This document shows, one piece after another, positions 10,024-20,893 of a stretch of DNA of 47,295 nt. The notes beneath the pieces were generated by a model that was not told the origin of the DNA, did not search any database, and worked only from the letters and a program-made list of their open reading frames with translations. The position numbers were made by a program, and so were the translations under genes. This stretch comes from Ectothiorhodospiraceae bacterium. GTDB lineage: Bacteria; Pseudomonadota; Gammaproteobacteria; Nitrococcales; Aquisalimonadaceae. The stretch is taken from positions 1-47,295 of the forward strand of contig SLLM01000212.1 in assembly GCA_007134055.1 (NCBI GenBank). The letters run 5' to 3'. Each line of letters begins with the position of its first letter. Positions within the stretch are counted from its first letter, which is position 1.

Positions 10024-11616
10024 ATGTATCAAAGCAGCGAACAACGGATCCTCGACCTGCGGTTCAACGGCGCCCGCGGACTCCTGCGGCAGAGTCGCAA
10101 GGGCCTGGAGAAGGAAAGCCTGCGGGTGACCGCCGACGGCACGATCTCCCGTCAACCCCACCCGCGGGCACTGGGATCCGCGCTGACCCATCCCTGGATC
10201 ACCACGGATTACTCCGAAGCACTGCTGGAATTCATCACGCCGCCGTTCACCGCCACGGAACAGACCCTGGATTTCCTTGCCGAGGTGCACCGCTTCGTCT
10301 ATCACAATCTGGACGACGAACTGCTCTGGGCGACCAGCATGCCATGCATCGTCGGCGGCGACGCCAGCATTCCCATCGCCGACTACGGTCGATCCAACGT
10401 CGGCTGGATGAAGCATGTCTACCGGCGCGGACTGGACTGGCGCTACGGCCGCGCCATGCAGGCCATCTCCGGCATTCATTTCAATTACTCCTTCGGGGAC
10501 GAGTTCCTGCAGGCGCTCCAGGCCGCCGATCGGTCCACCACCGACTTTATCGCTTTCCGCTCGGATGCCTATTTCGGACTGATCCGCAACTTCCAGCGTT
10601 ACGGCTGGATCATCCCGTTCCTGTTCGGCGCTTCGCCGGCGGTATGCAAGTCGTTCACCGGCGGCCAGGACTGCCATTTCCGCGAGTTCGACGAGGCGAC
10701 CTTCTACGAACCGCACGGCACCTCGCTGCGCATGAGCGACATCGGCTACAAGAACAAGGCCCAGGCAGGGCTGTCCGTTTCCTACAACGATCTGGATAGC
10801 TACGTCTCGAGCCTGACCCGCGCCATCAGCACTCCGGACCCGGAGTACGAGCGGATCGGCACCCGGGTGGACGGCGAATGGCGCCAGCTCAACACCAACA
10901 TCCTGCAGATCGAGAACGAGTACTACGGCTTTGTCCGGCCCAAGGCCGTAGCCCACTCCGGGGAGAAGCCGACCCTGGCCCTGCGCCGCGCCGGCGTCGA
11001 GTACGTGGAGATACGTGCGCTGGACCTCAACCCCTTCGTTCCGGTCGGCGTCGACGCCAGGACCCTGCGCTTTCTGGAGATACTGCTGTTGTTCTGCCTG
11101 TTGCAGCGCAGTCCGCCGATCGACCCCCGGGAGCTGGGCCGGATCAACTGCAACCAGGGCCTGGTGGCCCGGCAGGGACGGGATCCGGACCTGCGGCTGT
11201 ACCGGGCAGATGGTCGCAAGGTGCCGCTGCGGCACTGGGCGGAGGAGTTGATGCAGGCGCTTGCCGGGCCGGCCGAGCTGCTCGACCAGTTGCGCGATGG
11301 CACTCCCTACGCGGACGCGCTGCGCGCCTCCCATGCCATGGTGCGGGACCCGGAGCTGACACCCTCCGCCCGGGTGCTGGCGGAGATGCGGGACCGGGAG
11401 GAGAACTTCATCGAGTTCGCCATGCGCGTGTCGACCGGGCACCAGCGCCACTTTCTTGGACAGCCGCTTGACCCGGAGCTGCGGGAACGCTTCGAGACCG
11501 CCGCCAGGCAGTCCAGCGCCGAGCAGACGGCGATCGAGGCAGCAGACGATATCCCCTTCGAGGAGTATCTGGACCGCTACTTCACCCAGGACCAGGCGCA
11601 CCAGACCGAAGGCTGA
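10024..11616 (+). CDS. gshA: Glutamate--cysteine ligase
   Basis: GLEKESLRV, HPWITTDYSEALLEFIT, ISGIHFNYS, SLRMSDIGY, LQIENEYY and YVEIRALD motifs; start taken at ATG 10024. Confidence 0.95.
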   Translation: MYQSSEQRILDLRFNGARGLLRQSRKGLEKESLRVTADGTISRQPHPRALGSALTHPWITTDYSEALLEFITPPFTATEQTLDFLAEVHRFVYHNLDDELLWATSMPCIVGGDASIPIADYGRSNVGWMKHVYRRGLDWRYGRAMQAISGIHFNYSFGDEFLQALQAADRSTTDFIAFRSDAYFGLIRNFQRYGWIIPFLFGASPAVCKSFTGGQDCHFREFDEATFYEPHGTSLRMSDIGYKNKAQAGLSVSYNDLDSYVSSLTRAISTPDPEYERIGTRVDGEWRQLNTNILQIENEYYGFVRPKAVAHSGEKPTLALRRAGVEYVEIRALDLNPFVPVGVDARTLRFLEILLLFCLLQRSPPIDPRELGRINCNQGLVARQGRDPDLRLYRADGRKVPLRHWAEELMQALAGPAELLDQLRDGTPYADALRASHAMVRDPELTPSARVLAEMRDREENFIEFAMRVSTGHQRHFLGQPLDPELRERFETAARQSSAEQTAIEAADDIPFEEYLDRYFTQDQAHQTEG

Positions 11617-11634
11617 TCCTGCGCTCCCGACGAT

Positions 11635-12795
11635 TCAGTAACCGGTGAGTTCCGCATACCCGACCCCTTCCACCGGGCCACCGTCCGCCGTTCCCCGCAC
11701 CCGGATCGCGCCTTCCCAGTAGCGGAAACCGGTGCGCAGTTCCTGATCATCCACCCGCGCGGACAGCTCCAGCTCCAGGCCCTCTGCGGGAAGACGCATT
11801 CGCCAGGCGACCGGATAACTGACGTCTCCCAGGGGACTGTCCCAGTAGCGCGTGGATTCGATCTCCACGTCGTCCAGGGAGAGCAGGCGACTCGCCCCAT
11901 CCGCCTCCACCAGAACCCCCTTGGAGCGGGGGTCCACCGTGCCGTCCTCACGGCGCAGGTGGTAGAACATGATGTCGCGGTCGTCATCAAGCTGAATGGA
12001 GAACCAGTCCCAGCCGGTCTGCCCCTCCTCCAGGGTGCTGGTACCCCATTCCCGGTCCATCCAGCTGCTGCCCTGCACCTCCATGTCCATGCCGTCCAGG
12101 CGCAGGACGCCCTCGGTGGATAGCCGCGTGAAGGAGAAGTAACGCGAGGCGTTGCCGGGATCCGAGCCCTTGCGGCTGTACCCCCGGTCCCCCTGCAGTA
12201 CGGGCGGCTTGACCGCATCGAGCACCAGATCGAGGGAGAACCGGTCATGGCCGGCGCGCAGCCGCAGCGGCATGTACCGGTCGTCGCGGTCCGCCTCCAG
12301 AGTCCAGTCGTCCAGCCAGACCCGGAACGGCTCGGCCCGCGCTCCCGCCAGCCCGGCGGCGCCGCGAGACAGGCGTTCGGCGTGATGAAAGGTCCCGCCA
12401 TCGCCGTCCGTCACCGCCAGGTGTGCCATCCAGACCTGGTTGGTTGCCAGGACGGACTCGCGTTCCGGCGCTGCCGGGTCCACGTTGAAGCGGAAGAAGG
12501 TGATCTGATAGCCGAAATGGCGGTCATCCGGACCCGTCAGGTTCCCGGTCACGTACCACCACTCGTGGCGATAGCCGGGGTGGGGACCATGGTCCCGGGG
12601 GAACTCCAGGGGTTCGGGGCCGGTTACCCGGGCATACCCCCGGGCCTCTTCCTCGCCGGACAGTACCCCGGTGACGGAGAACGCATCCCCGGTCTCCGGT
12701 CGCGGTGCCCGCCGCTCCTGGTGCAGCAGCCAGCCGGCTGCCATCACGACGAGGACACCCACGACCAGAGCTGCGGCCCACCCCCGGCGCATCAT
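11635..12795 (-). CDS. Lipocalin-like / CrtC (AttH)-like secreted protein
   Basis: FPRDHGPHP..RHEWWYVTGNL, WMDREW, GWDWFSIQL, YWEG and GYAELTGY motifs. Confidence 0.88.
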   Translation of the reverse strand: MMRRGWAAALVVGVLVVMAAGWLLHQERRAPRPETGDAFSVTGVLSGEEEARGYARVTGPEPLEFPRDHGPHPGYRHEWWYVTGNLTGPDDRHFGYQITFFRFNVDPAAPERESVLATNQVWMAHLAVTDGDGGTFHHAERLSRGAAGLAGARAEPFRVWLDDWTLEADRDDRYMPLRLRAGHDRFSLDLVLDAVKPPVLQGDRGYSRKGSDPGNASRYFSFTRLSTEGVLRLDGMDMEVQGSSWMDREWGTSTLEEGQTGWDWFSIQLDDDRDIMFYHLRREDGTVDPRSKGVLVEADGASRLLSLDDVEIESTRYWDSPLGDVSYPVAWRMRLPAEGLELELSARVDDQELRTGFRYWEGAIRVRGTADGGPVEGVGYAELTGY

Positions 12796-15305
12796 CCCGT
12801 ATCCTCCCGCAACGCCAGGGCCGGCGGTGTTGCCGCCATGCGCCAGGATGGATACAGGCCGGCCAGGACGGCTGCCAGCAGGGACAGGCCCACCGCCTGC
12901 AGCAGGATGCCCGGTTCGACCAGCACCTGCATCGTCCAGCCGAAGGAACGCTGGTTGATCACCAACGTCAGCACCGTCGCCATGACCAGCCCCAGGGGGA
13001 TGGCCAGCAGCCCCGCCACCAGCCCCACCAGTGCGTTCTGCGTGCTCACCAGCAGCCAGAGCTGGCCCGGGGTCATGCCAGTGGCGCGCAGCACCGCGTA
13101 CTCCCTGGAACGTTCCAGAGTAAGGGCCAGCAGAGCGCTGAGTACGCCGACCACCGCCACCACCACCGCCAGCAGCCGCAGCACCTGGGTGATGGTGAAA
13201 GTCTGATCGAAAATGTCCAGGGACAGGCGCCGCAGTTCACGGTTGGAACGGAACTGCAGCGGGGGATCGCTGCCCGTGGCTGCCCGCAGGCGGTTGCCAG
13301 CCTCCTCGATGTCGGTGTCAGCGGTGAAGTACAGCGCCACGGAGTCCACATCCGGGTCATCCCACCAGCGCTGGTAGAGATTGCGGTGCATCACCACGGC
13401 CCCCTCGGACGTACTGTAGTCATGGATGATTCCCGCCACCCGCACCCGCTGCTCGCCGGTGGCGGTGGCAAGGGTCAACCGATCATCCACTGCCAGTTCC
13501 CGGTGCCAGGCGTAGGGTTCCGTGACCAGTACCGCCTCCCCAAGACGGAACTGCCGCCAGGCTGTCTCCGGGTTCCCCTCCTTGAAACTGAAACCTTCCT
13601 CGAGTTCCGCAGGCAGATCGAACACGCGCAGCCGGGACCGGTCGCCGTTGGCCACCACCCGCACGTAGCGGGCCGTACTGCTGCCCACCACCTCCGGCGC
13701 ATTCCGCAGCGCCTCCACCTGGCCGGGTGCCAACGGTGCCTCGCCGGGCACCGACACATAGACATCGGCCCGCAGGGTTGAGTCCAGCCACACGGAGAAG
13801 GTGTAACGAAAACTGTCCACCATGACCCCGACACCGATCACGGCGGAGACGGCAACCATCAGGGCCGCCGCCGCCACGCTGGTGCGGGACAGCCCGGCCT
13901 CCACGCCCCGTGCCGCCATGCGCCCCGGCATTCCTGCAACAGCGCCGAGTACGGGAGCGAGCAGGCGCATGGCAAGTTGCATCAGCCAGGGGACGAACAG
14001 CGCCCACGCAATGATCATCAGGAACATCCCGGCGAACGCCGGGGCCAGGCCCCGGCCGGCGGTCAGCAACAGGCCGGCGACCGCGGCCAGGAGGGTGCCG
14101 GCGAGGACCAGTCCGGGCAGTCTGCGTCGTACCGTCGATTCCAGGCGGGCGCGGCTCAGCGCGGCACGCGGCGGCACCGCCGTGGCCTCGCGGGCCGGCG
14201 ACAAGGCCGCCAGGATGGTCATGCCCAGCCCCAGCAGCACCCCCTGGAGCACCGAGGCCGGGGCAAGATGCAGTTCGCGCACACTGAGCACGAAGTAGAG
14301 ATCATTGATGGTACGGGTCACCAGCTCCAGCAGTACATGAGCCAGCGCATATCCCAGCAGCAGGCCCGCCAGGGTGCCGGCCAGCCCCAACACGACCGCC
14401 TCCCCCAGGACCAGGGAAAACAGCTCCCGCCGGCTGACGCCCACGGCCCGCAGCATCCCCAGCAGCGGCCGGCGCTGCACCACGGAGAAGGTCATGGTGT
14501 TGTAGATGAGGAATCCCCCCACGACCAGGGCCAGCAGGCTGAACGCGGTCAGGTTGAGCTGGAAGGCCCGGGTCATCTCCCGCAGCGCGGCGTTCCGGGA
14601 TTCCGCTTCCACCAGCTGGGCTCCCGGGGGCAGCAGTTCCCGGACCCGGGCAACTGCGGCGGAATCGTCCAGGACCAGGTCAATCCGGTCCAGTTGTCCC
14701 TCCCGGCCCAGCAGTTCCTGGGCCGCGGAGATATCCATCACCAACACGTCCGCCAGGCCCCGGGCATCCGTCTGCCGCGCGGGCTCCAATGCCCCGTGGA
14801 CCACCAGCTGCCGCGACCGGCCCTGCAGTTCCAGTCCGATGGAGTCACCCGGCTCAACACCCAGGCGCTGCAGGTCCGTCGCCAGCAGGACGACCCGATC
14901 CGCACGGCTCAGGAATGCTCCCAGGTCCTCGAGACCGACCAGCCCGCCCAGACTGGCACGCAAAGGTTGCTCCGCGAACACATCGATCCCCAGGAGCCGC
15001 ACCACCCGGCCCGGCTCCCGGGACAGTTCGCCGTAGCCCTCAACCACGGGGGCCGCCTGGCGGATGCCGTGCTCGCGACGCAGGCTCACGTACCAGTTGA
15101 CGGGGACACCGGCGGGCCCGCCGAGTACCTGATGGGTGGCGCGGCCCGTCAGTGCCTCGCTGGAGAGTTCGAAGGCACGCCCCGCGCTCTGGTTGGCGAG
15201 ATCCACCGCCACGACCACCGCAACGCCCAGGGCGACGCCCAGCAGCGCCAGGCCCAGCTGCCAGGGATGGTGTCGCAGATAGCGAAGGCTCGCCCGCCAG
15301 AGCAT
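12792..15305 (-). CDS. FtsX/MacB-like ABC permease (duplicated halves)
   Basis: Two periplasmic+FtsX halves (LIYNTMTFSVVQRR; ERSREYAVLRATG); INQRSFGWT. Confidence 0.9.
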   Translation of the reverse strand: MLWRASLRYLRHHPWQLGLALLGVALGVAVVVAVDLANQSAGRAFELSSEALTGRATHQVLGGPAGVPVNWYVSLRREHGIRQAAPVVEGYGELSREPGRVVRLLGIDVFAEQPLRASLGGLVGLEDLGAFLSRADRVVLLATDLQRLGVEPGDSIGLELQGRSRQLVVHGALEPARQTDARGLADVLVMDISAAQELLGREGQLDRIDLVLDDSAAVARVRELLPPGAQLVEAESRNAALREMTRAFQLNLTAFSLLALVVGGFLIYNTMTFSVVQRRPLLGMLRAVGVSRRELFSLVLGEAVVLGLAGTLAGLLLGYALAHVLLELVTRTINDLYFVLSVRELHLAPASVLQGVLLGLGMTILAALSPAREATAVPPRAALSRARLESTVRRRLPGLVLAGTLLAAVAGLLLTAGRGLAPAFAGMFLMIIAWALFVPWLMQLAMRLLAPVLGAVAGMPGRMAARGVEAGLSRTSVAAAALMVAVSAVIGVGVMVDSFRYTFSVWLDSTLRADVYVSVPGEAPLAPGQVEALRNAPEVVGSSTARYVRVVANGDRSRLRVFDLPAELEEGFSFKEGNPETAWRQFRLGEAVLVTEPYAWHRELAVDDRLTLATATGEQRVRVAGIIHDYSTSEGAVVMHRNLYQRWWDDPDVDSVALYFTADTDIEEAGNRLRAATGSDPPLQFRSNRELRRLSLDIFDQTFTITQVLRLLAVVVAVVGVLSALLALTLERSREYAVLRATGMTPGQLWLLVSTQNALVGLVAGLLAIPLGLVMATVLTLVINQRSFGWTMQVLVEPGILLQAVGLSLLAAVLAGLYPSWRMAATPPALALREDTG

Positions 15306-15367
15306 GGCTCAGGCCACGGGGAACCGCGACGCGGTGTGATCGAACCGGGTCAGCGCGACGCTTGCGG

Positions 15368-16039
15368 TCACCGGACTTCCACCGGTTGGCCTTCGGAGAG
15401 GCGCAGCACCCGGTCCATGCGCCCGGCGAGCTCCACGCTGTGGGTGACCATGACCATGGTCATCTGTTCCTCCCGGGTCATTGTCTCCAGCAGATCCAGC
15501 ACCTCGCGGCCGGTATCCTCGTCCAGGGTGCCGGTGGGCTCATCCGCCAGCAACACCCGCGGGCGGTGGACCAGTGCCCGGGCAATGGCGATACGTTGCT
15601 GTTCGCCACCGGAGAGCTGTTCCGGAAAGCTTTCCCTGCGGTCGGCCAGCCCGACCGTGTCCAGCAGGCCCGCTGCCCGCCCGCGACCATCGGCGTTCAG
15701 CATGGCGTTGAGCTCCAGTGGCAGTAGAAGGTTCTCCATGACCGTGAGTGTGGGGATCAGGTTGAAGAACTGGAACACGAAGCCGATGTCCCGACGCCGG
15801 AACCGGGTGCGCTGGCGTTCGTTCATGGCGGTAATGTCGACACCATGGACACGAACCACGCCGCTGTCGGGGGAATCCATGCCGCTGATGAGATTGAGCA
15901 GGGTGGACTTGCCCACGCCGCTGCGACCGATGAGTGCCAGCCGCTGTCCGCTCGGGACGTGGACCGAGAAGCCGGCCAGTACCCGGCGTGGGCGACCTCC
16001 TTCCCGGTACTGCTTGTGGAGGTCCTGCAGATCGATCAT
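15368..16039 (-). CDS. ABC transporter ATP-binding protein (LolD/MacB type)
   Basis: GRSGVGKST, LSGGEQQR, LADEPTG and VTH motifs; ATG at 16039. Confidence 0.93.
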   Translation of the reverse strand: MIDLQDLHKQYREGGRPRRVLAGFSVHVPSGQRLALIGRSGVGKSTLLNLISGMDSPDSGVVRVHGVDITAMNERQRTRFRRRDIGFVFQFFNLIPTLTVMENLLLPLELNAMLNADGRGRAAGLLDTVGLADRRESFPEQLSGGEQQRIAIARALVHRPRVLLADEPTGTLDEDTGREVLDLLETMTREEQMTMVMVTHSVELAGRMDRVLRLSEGQPVEVR

Positions 16040-16224
16040 GTCAGGCTGCGTCGTTCCAGGCCGCACCGCTGGCAGCGGAATACGCTGACCAGGCGCCCTT
16101 TCCTGACGTCGAAACGGGTTTCCCCCTCCGGCGCCCACCGATGAAAGCCGTTTCGGCACAGGCTGCGGCCTTCGGCGCGCTCGCGCCGCCGCCTCGACCT
16201 CGCGAAGGGAATCACGTCACCCAT
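16036..16224 (-). CDS. Small basic hypothetical protein with possible Zn-binding C-x3-H / CxxC residues
   Basis: 62 aa MGDVIPF...LCRNGFHRW...FRCQRCG; ATGA overlap with the ABC ATPase start. Confidence 0.7.
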   Translation of the reverse strand: MGDVIPFARSRRRRERAEGRSLCRNGFHRWAPEGETRFDVRKGRLVSVFRCQRCGLERRSLT

Positions 16225-16308
16225 GGAACCACTTCCGTACCGGGGGGGTTACCAACCACTTGGGAAGTATGCCATGGCGCGGCCGCCTTCCGGGCCACCG
16301 GCCGGAGG

Positions 16309-17271
16309 TCAGCCGCCGGCCGTGGCGGTGCGGCCAAGGGCGCGTGGCAGGGAAAAGACAATCTTCTCCTCCCGGCCGTGCAGCTCTGCCGGCGGCTCCG
16401 CACCCCACTCCACGAGCCGCGCGACGACCTGATCCACCAGGATCTCGGGGGCGGAAGCACCGGCGGTCACCCCCACGGATTCCACGCCCGCCAGCCAGTC
16501 CCGGCGCAGCATGTCGACATCATCGATCTGGTGGGCGGTCACGCCAATGCGTTGCCCCAGCTCCTTCAGGCGGGTGGAGTTGGAACTGTTGCGCGCTCCG
16601 ACCACGATCAGCAGGTCCACCTGCCGCGACAGATCCTTGACCGCATCCTGGCGGTTCTGGGTGGCATAACAGATATCGTCCCGCCGTGGTCCGTGAATGG
16701 CGGGAAAGCGCTGCCGAAGGGCCTGGATGATCTCGGCGGTGTCATCGACGGACAGCGTGGTCTGGCTAACATAGGCCAGGTGCCCGGGGTCCTTTACGCG
16801 CAGCTCCGCCACGTCACCCGGCTTCTCAACCAGGTGGATGGTGCCCTGTTCGGCGCCGAGCCCAACGTACTGGCCGATGGTGCCCTCCACCTCCGGGTGT
16901 CCCCGGTGGCCGATCAGCACCACCTCGCGACCCTCCCTGGCGTATTTCTCCACCTCCAGGTGGACCTTGGTCACCAGTGGACAGGTCGCATCGAAAACCC
17001 GCAGGCCGCGGCGATCGGCCTCCGCCCGCACGGCCTTGCTGACGCCGTGGGCGCTGAAGATCACGGTAGCGCCATCCGGAACCTCCTCGAGTTCCTCCAC
17101 GAACACCGCACCCTTCTCCCGCAGGCCGTCAACCACGTAGCGATTGTGCACTACCTCGTGGCGCACGTGGATCGGCGCACCGAAGAGTTCCAGCGCCCGT
17201 TCGACGATGGTGATCGCGCGATCGACACCGGCGCAGAAACCGCGTGGGTTGGCAAGCAGGATACGGGGCAT
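16309..17271 (-). CDS. ispH: 4-hydroxy-3-methylbut-2-enyl diphosphate reductase
   Basis: [30 protein letters not shown] and TAGASAP motifs. Confidence 0.97.
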   Translation of the reverse strand: MPRILLANPRGFCAGVDRAITIVERALELFGAPIHVRHEVVHNRYVVDGLREKGAVFVEELEEVPDGATVIFSAHGVSKAVRAEADRRGLRVFDATCPLVTKVHLEVEKYAREGREVVLIGHRGHPEVEGTIGQYVGLGAEQGTIHLVEKPGDVAELRVKDPGHLAYVSQTTLSVDDTAEIIQALRQRFPAIHGPRRDDICYATQNRQDAVKDLSRQVDLLIVVGARNSSNSTRLKELGQRIGVTAHQIDDVDMLRRDWLAGVESVGVTAGASAPEILVDQVVARLVEWGAEPPAELHGREEKIVFSLPRALGRTATAGG

Positions 17272-17376
17272 GGAGGCAGTTCCGGATTGCGGCTGCGGGG
17301 CGCCAGTGTACTAGGCTTTCGCGGGATAATGCCAGGCATGGACCTGCCGCCGCGACAGCACCATCGGCGCAGGGGT

Positions 17377-17880
17377 TCAGTTCCCGCCGCGCCCCCGGTC
17401 CAGCCAGAACGCCTGATACAGCACCAGGAGCACACCCACCGTGATCGCCGAATCGGCAATGTTGAAAATGGGATAGTGCCAGCCCTTGTAGTGGACGTGG
17501 ATGAAGTCGATCACATGGCCGTGGACAAGGCGGTCGATGACATTGCCCAGGGCACCGCCGAGCAGCAGGGACAGTCCCCAGGTCATGACCCGCTCTCCGG
17601 GAGGGAGGCGCCGCAACCAGATGATCAGTGCCACGCTGACCAGGAGGGCGAACCCGGTAAAGAACCAGCGCTGCCATCCGGATGCGTCCCCGAGAAAACT
17701 GAACGCGGCACCCGGGTTGTAGCTCAGGGTCAGGCTGAGAACGGGAAGCAACGGGACCGGGTGCAGATAGGCGAGATACGCTTCCGCCGCCAGTTTGCTC
17801 GCCTGGTCCAGCACGATCACTGCAGTGGCGATCACGTACCACGGCAGCTCCGGCAGGGGGCGGTTGCTGTCCCGCTCCAT
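17377..17880 (-). CDS. lspA: Lipoprotein signal peptidase II
   Basis: DQASK, YNPGAAFSF, GNVIDR, VIDFI and FNIADS motifs; GAGGAG RBS before ATG 17880. Confidence 0.95.
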   Translation of the reverse strand: MERDSNRPLPELPWYVIATAVIVLDQASKLAAEAYLAYLHPVPLLPVLSLTLSYNPGAAFSFLGDASGWQRWFFTGFALLVSVALIIWLRRLPPGERVMTWGLSLLLGGALGNVIDRLVHGHVIDFIHVHYKGWHYPIFNIADSAITVGVLLVLYQAFWLDRGRGGN

Positions 17881-17921
17881 ATGGCTCCTCGACATGCAGG
17901 GAGATTTCCGTGGACCGACGC

Positions 17922-20747
17922 CTACGCCACGGCCCGGTGCTCACCGCCGGATTCGATGTTCTCGATGCAGCGTCCACAGATGTCCGGATGCGCGGCAACC
18001 GCTCCCACGTCGGGCCGATGGTGCCAGCATCGGGCGCACTTGGGGTGCTCCGACCGGCTGGCGTGTATCCCAACATCGACCCCCTCCTCGAGGGTGACCA
18101 CCTCCGTTCCCGTCGGCCGCTCAGCCAGCGGGTGGAGGCGCGCCGCCGAGGTAATGAGCAGGAACCGCAATTCGTCCCCGAGACGCGCCAGCCGCTCCAG
18201 TACGGCGGCAGAGCAATAGAGATCCACTTCCGCCTCCAGAGAGGCGCCCAGTTCGCCGTCGGCCCGCAGGGTCTCGAGCGTCTTCGCCACCGCCTCCCGT
18301 ACCTGGATCACCTGTCGCCAGAAGGCGGGGTCGAATTCATCGTCCGCCCCGAGCCGGAACAGCCCTTCGTACCATTCGGCCAGGAACACGCTGTCGGCCC
18401 GCACGCCGGGGACGCACTCCCAGATCTCGTCGGCGGTAAAGCTCAGGATCGGTGCGATCCAGCGGGTCAGCGCCTCGACGATGTGGTACATGGCCGTCTG
18501 GCAGGAACGGCGGGCCAGACTGTCCTGCGGCGTGGTGTACTGGCGGTCCTTGACCACGTCCAGGTAGAGACTGCCCATGTCGACGGTGCAGAAGTTGTGG
18601 ATGCGATGATAGATGCGGTGGAATTCGTATTGGTCGTAGGCCGCAACCACCTCATCCTGAACCCCGCCGGCACGGTCCACCGCCCAGCGGTCGAACGGCA
18701 GCATCCGCTCCGGCGGCACCATGTCCCGGTCCGGATCGAACCCATCCAGATTGGCAAGCAGGAATCGCGCGGTATTGCGGATGCGCCGATAGGCGTCGGC
18801 GGTCCGCTTCAGGATATCCTCGGAGACCGCCAGCTCACCGCTGTAATCCGACGACGCCACCCACAGCCGCAGCACGTCGGCGCCGAGCTTGTTCATGACT
18901 TCCTGGGGCGCGATCACGTTGCCCACGGACTTCGACATCTTGCGACCCTGGGCGTCCACCGTGAAGCCGTGGGTGAGAACACCGCGATAGGGCGCATCGC
19001 CACGGATGGCGGAGGACGTCAGCAGTGATGACTGGAACCAGCCGCGATGCTGGTCCGACCCCTCGAGGTAGAGATCGGCGGGCACGCTCAGTCGCTCGTC
19101 GGCCTCCAGCACGGTGGCGTGGGTAACGCCGGAATCGAACCAGACGTCAAGGATATCCGTCACCTTGTCGTACTGCTCCGCCTCGGCGCCGAGCAGCTCC
19201 GCCGGGTCCAGGTCATACCAGGCGTCGATGCCGTCCCGCTCCATCCGGCGGGCCACTTCCTCGATCAGCTCCAGGGTGCGCGGGTGCGGCTCACCGTTGC
19301 GCTTATCGACGAACAGCGCGATAGGCACGCCCCACAGCCGTTGGCGGGAGATACACCAGTCCGGGCGATTGCGGATCATCCCGTCGATGCGGGCTTCACC
19401 CCAGGCCGGGGTCCAGCGCACGCGGCGGATGGCCTCCAGCGCGGTCTGCCGCAAGCCGGCTGCCTCCAGGCTGATGAACCATTGCGGCGTGGCCCGGAAC
19501 AGAATCGGCGTCTTGTGCCGCCAGCAGTGCGGGTAACTGTGCTGATAGGACTCGTGCGCCAGCAGGGCGCCACGCTCCTCCAACAGCTGCACCAGCGTGC
19601 GGTTGGCCTTGAGCACGAACTCGCCGGCCACGTGGGGCGTGCCGTCGAGGAAGTGACCGTCGTCACCCACCGGGTTCTCCACTTCGAGGCCATAGCGCAG
19701 CCCGACCTGGTAGTCGTCCTGCCCGTGACCGGGAGCAGTATGCACCGCGCCGGTTCCCGCCTCCGTGGTCACGTGCTCGCCCAGGACAAGGGGCACCTGG
19801 CGATCCAGGAACGGATGTTGCAGGAGGAGATGCTCCAGCGCCGCGCCAGGCACCGCGGCAAGCACTTCCTTCGGCGTCGTCCCGTACCGTGCCAGGGCGG
19901 TATCCACCAAGTCGGCGGCAAGCAGCAGCACCTCGCCACCGGCCAGTACCAGCTGGTATTCCAGGTCCGGATGCAGGGTCACGGCGCGGTTGGCCGGCAG
20001 GGTCCATGGTGTGGTGGTCCAGATGGGCACGGAGACGGGCACGCCGGCAATGCGGTTCCGGTCGATCCCGGCGCGAACGGCCAGATCCCCCGGGTCGACC
20101 ACCGGGAAACGGGCATCGATGGCCGGCGAGGTGTGGTCCTGGTACTCGACCTCGGCCTCCGCCAGGGCGGAACCGCAGTCGCTGCACCAGTGCACCGGCT
20201 TGAACCCGCGGGTGACATGGCCCTGTTCGTATATGCGTCCCAACGCCCTGAGGATGTTGGCTTCCGTGGCAGTGTTCATCGTGAGGTACGGGGTATCCCA
20301 GTCACCCAGAACCCCCAGGCGCTTGAAGTCCTGCCGCTGACCGTCGATCTGCCGCAGGGCGAAGGCACGGCAAGCCTTCCGGAACTCCCGCGCCGAGACA
20401 TCCTCCCCCGCCGTGCCCAGCTCCTGCTCCACCTTCTGCTCGATGGGCAGACCGTGGCAGTCCCAGCCCGGCACGTAGGGGGCGTCATAGCCATCCATGG
20501 AGCGGGACTTGACGATGATGTCCTTGATGATCTTGTTCACGGCGTGGCCGATGTGAATATCGCCGTTGGCGTAGGGCGGGCCATCGTGGAGGATGAATGT
20601 CCGCCGTCCGGCCCGCTCCCTGCGCAGCCGGCGGTAGAGATCCATGGCGTACCATTTCTCCAGCCGCTCGGGCTCGCGCCGCGCCAGGTTCCCGCGCATG
20701 GGAAAGCCGGTCTTCGGCAGGTTGAGAGTATGCTTATAGTCAGTCAC
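17922..20747 (-). CDS. ileS: Isoleucine--tRNA ligase
   Basis: [24 protein letters not shown] and a C-terminal Zn finger (CARCW...CGRC). Confidence 0.98.
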   Translation of the reverse strand: MTDYKHTLNLPKTGFPMRGNLARREPERLEKWYAMDLYRRLRRERAGRRTFILHDGPPYANGDIHIGHAVNKIIKDIIVKSRSMDGYDAPYVPGWDCHGLPIEQKVEQELGTAGEDVSAREFRKACRAFALRQIDGQRQDFKRLGVLGDWDTPYLTMNTATEANILRALGRIYEQGHVTRGFKPVHWCSDCGSALAEAEVEYQDHTSPAIDARFPVVDPGDLAVRAGIDRNRIAGVPVSVPIWTTTPWTLPANRAVTLHPDLEYQLVLAGGEVLLLAADLVDTALARYGTTPKEVLAAVPGAALEHLLLQHPFLDRQVPLVLGEHVTTEAGTGAVHTAPGHGQDDYQVGLRYGLEVENPVGDDGHFLDGTPHVAGEFVLKANRTLVQLLEERGALLAHESYQHSYPHCWRHKTPILFRATPQWFISLEAAGLRQTALEAIRRVRWTPAWGEARIDGMIRNRPDWCISRQRLWGVPIALFVDKRNGEPHPRTLELIEEVARRMERDGIDAWYDLDPAELLGAEAEQYDKVTDILDVWFDSGVTHATVLEADERLSVPADLYLEGSDQHRGWFQSSLLTSSAIRGDAPYRGVLTHGFTVDAQGRKMSKSVGNVIAPQEVMNKLGADVLRLWVASSDYSGELAVSEDILKRTADAYRRIRNTARFLLANLDGFDPDRDMVPPERMLPFDRWAVDRAGGVQDEVVAAYDQYEFHRIYHRIHNFCTVDMGSLYLDVVKDRQYTTPQDSLARRSCQTAMYHIVEALTRWIAPILSFTADEIWECVPGVRADSVFLAEWYEGLFRLGADDEFDPAFWRQVIQVREAVAKTLETLRADGELGASLEAEVDLYCSAAVLERLARLGDELRFLLITSAARLHPLAERPTGTEVVTLEEGVDVGIHASRSEHPKCARCWHHRPDVGAVAAHPDICGRCIENIESGGEHRAVA

Positions 20748-20893
20748 GATATCGTTTCACCTAACGCCTGTTTCACCGGTGGATCCACGCTGGCGGCACC
20801 CCGCCGCCGCCGCGCCGGGCAAGCCCGCTAGTCTATCAGATGTCGCCTCGCCTGGAGCGCCCGCGGGCGAATCCCCGCGCCCGCCTCCCGGGA

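Noticed and set aside
13977-18219. Very long plus-strand ORFs (703 and 761 aa)
   Set aside because: They are antisense shadows of well-supported minus-strand genes in high-GC DNA and have no recognisable motifs.
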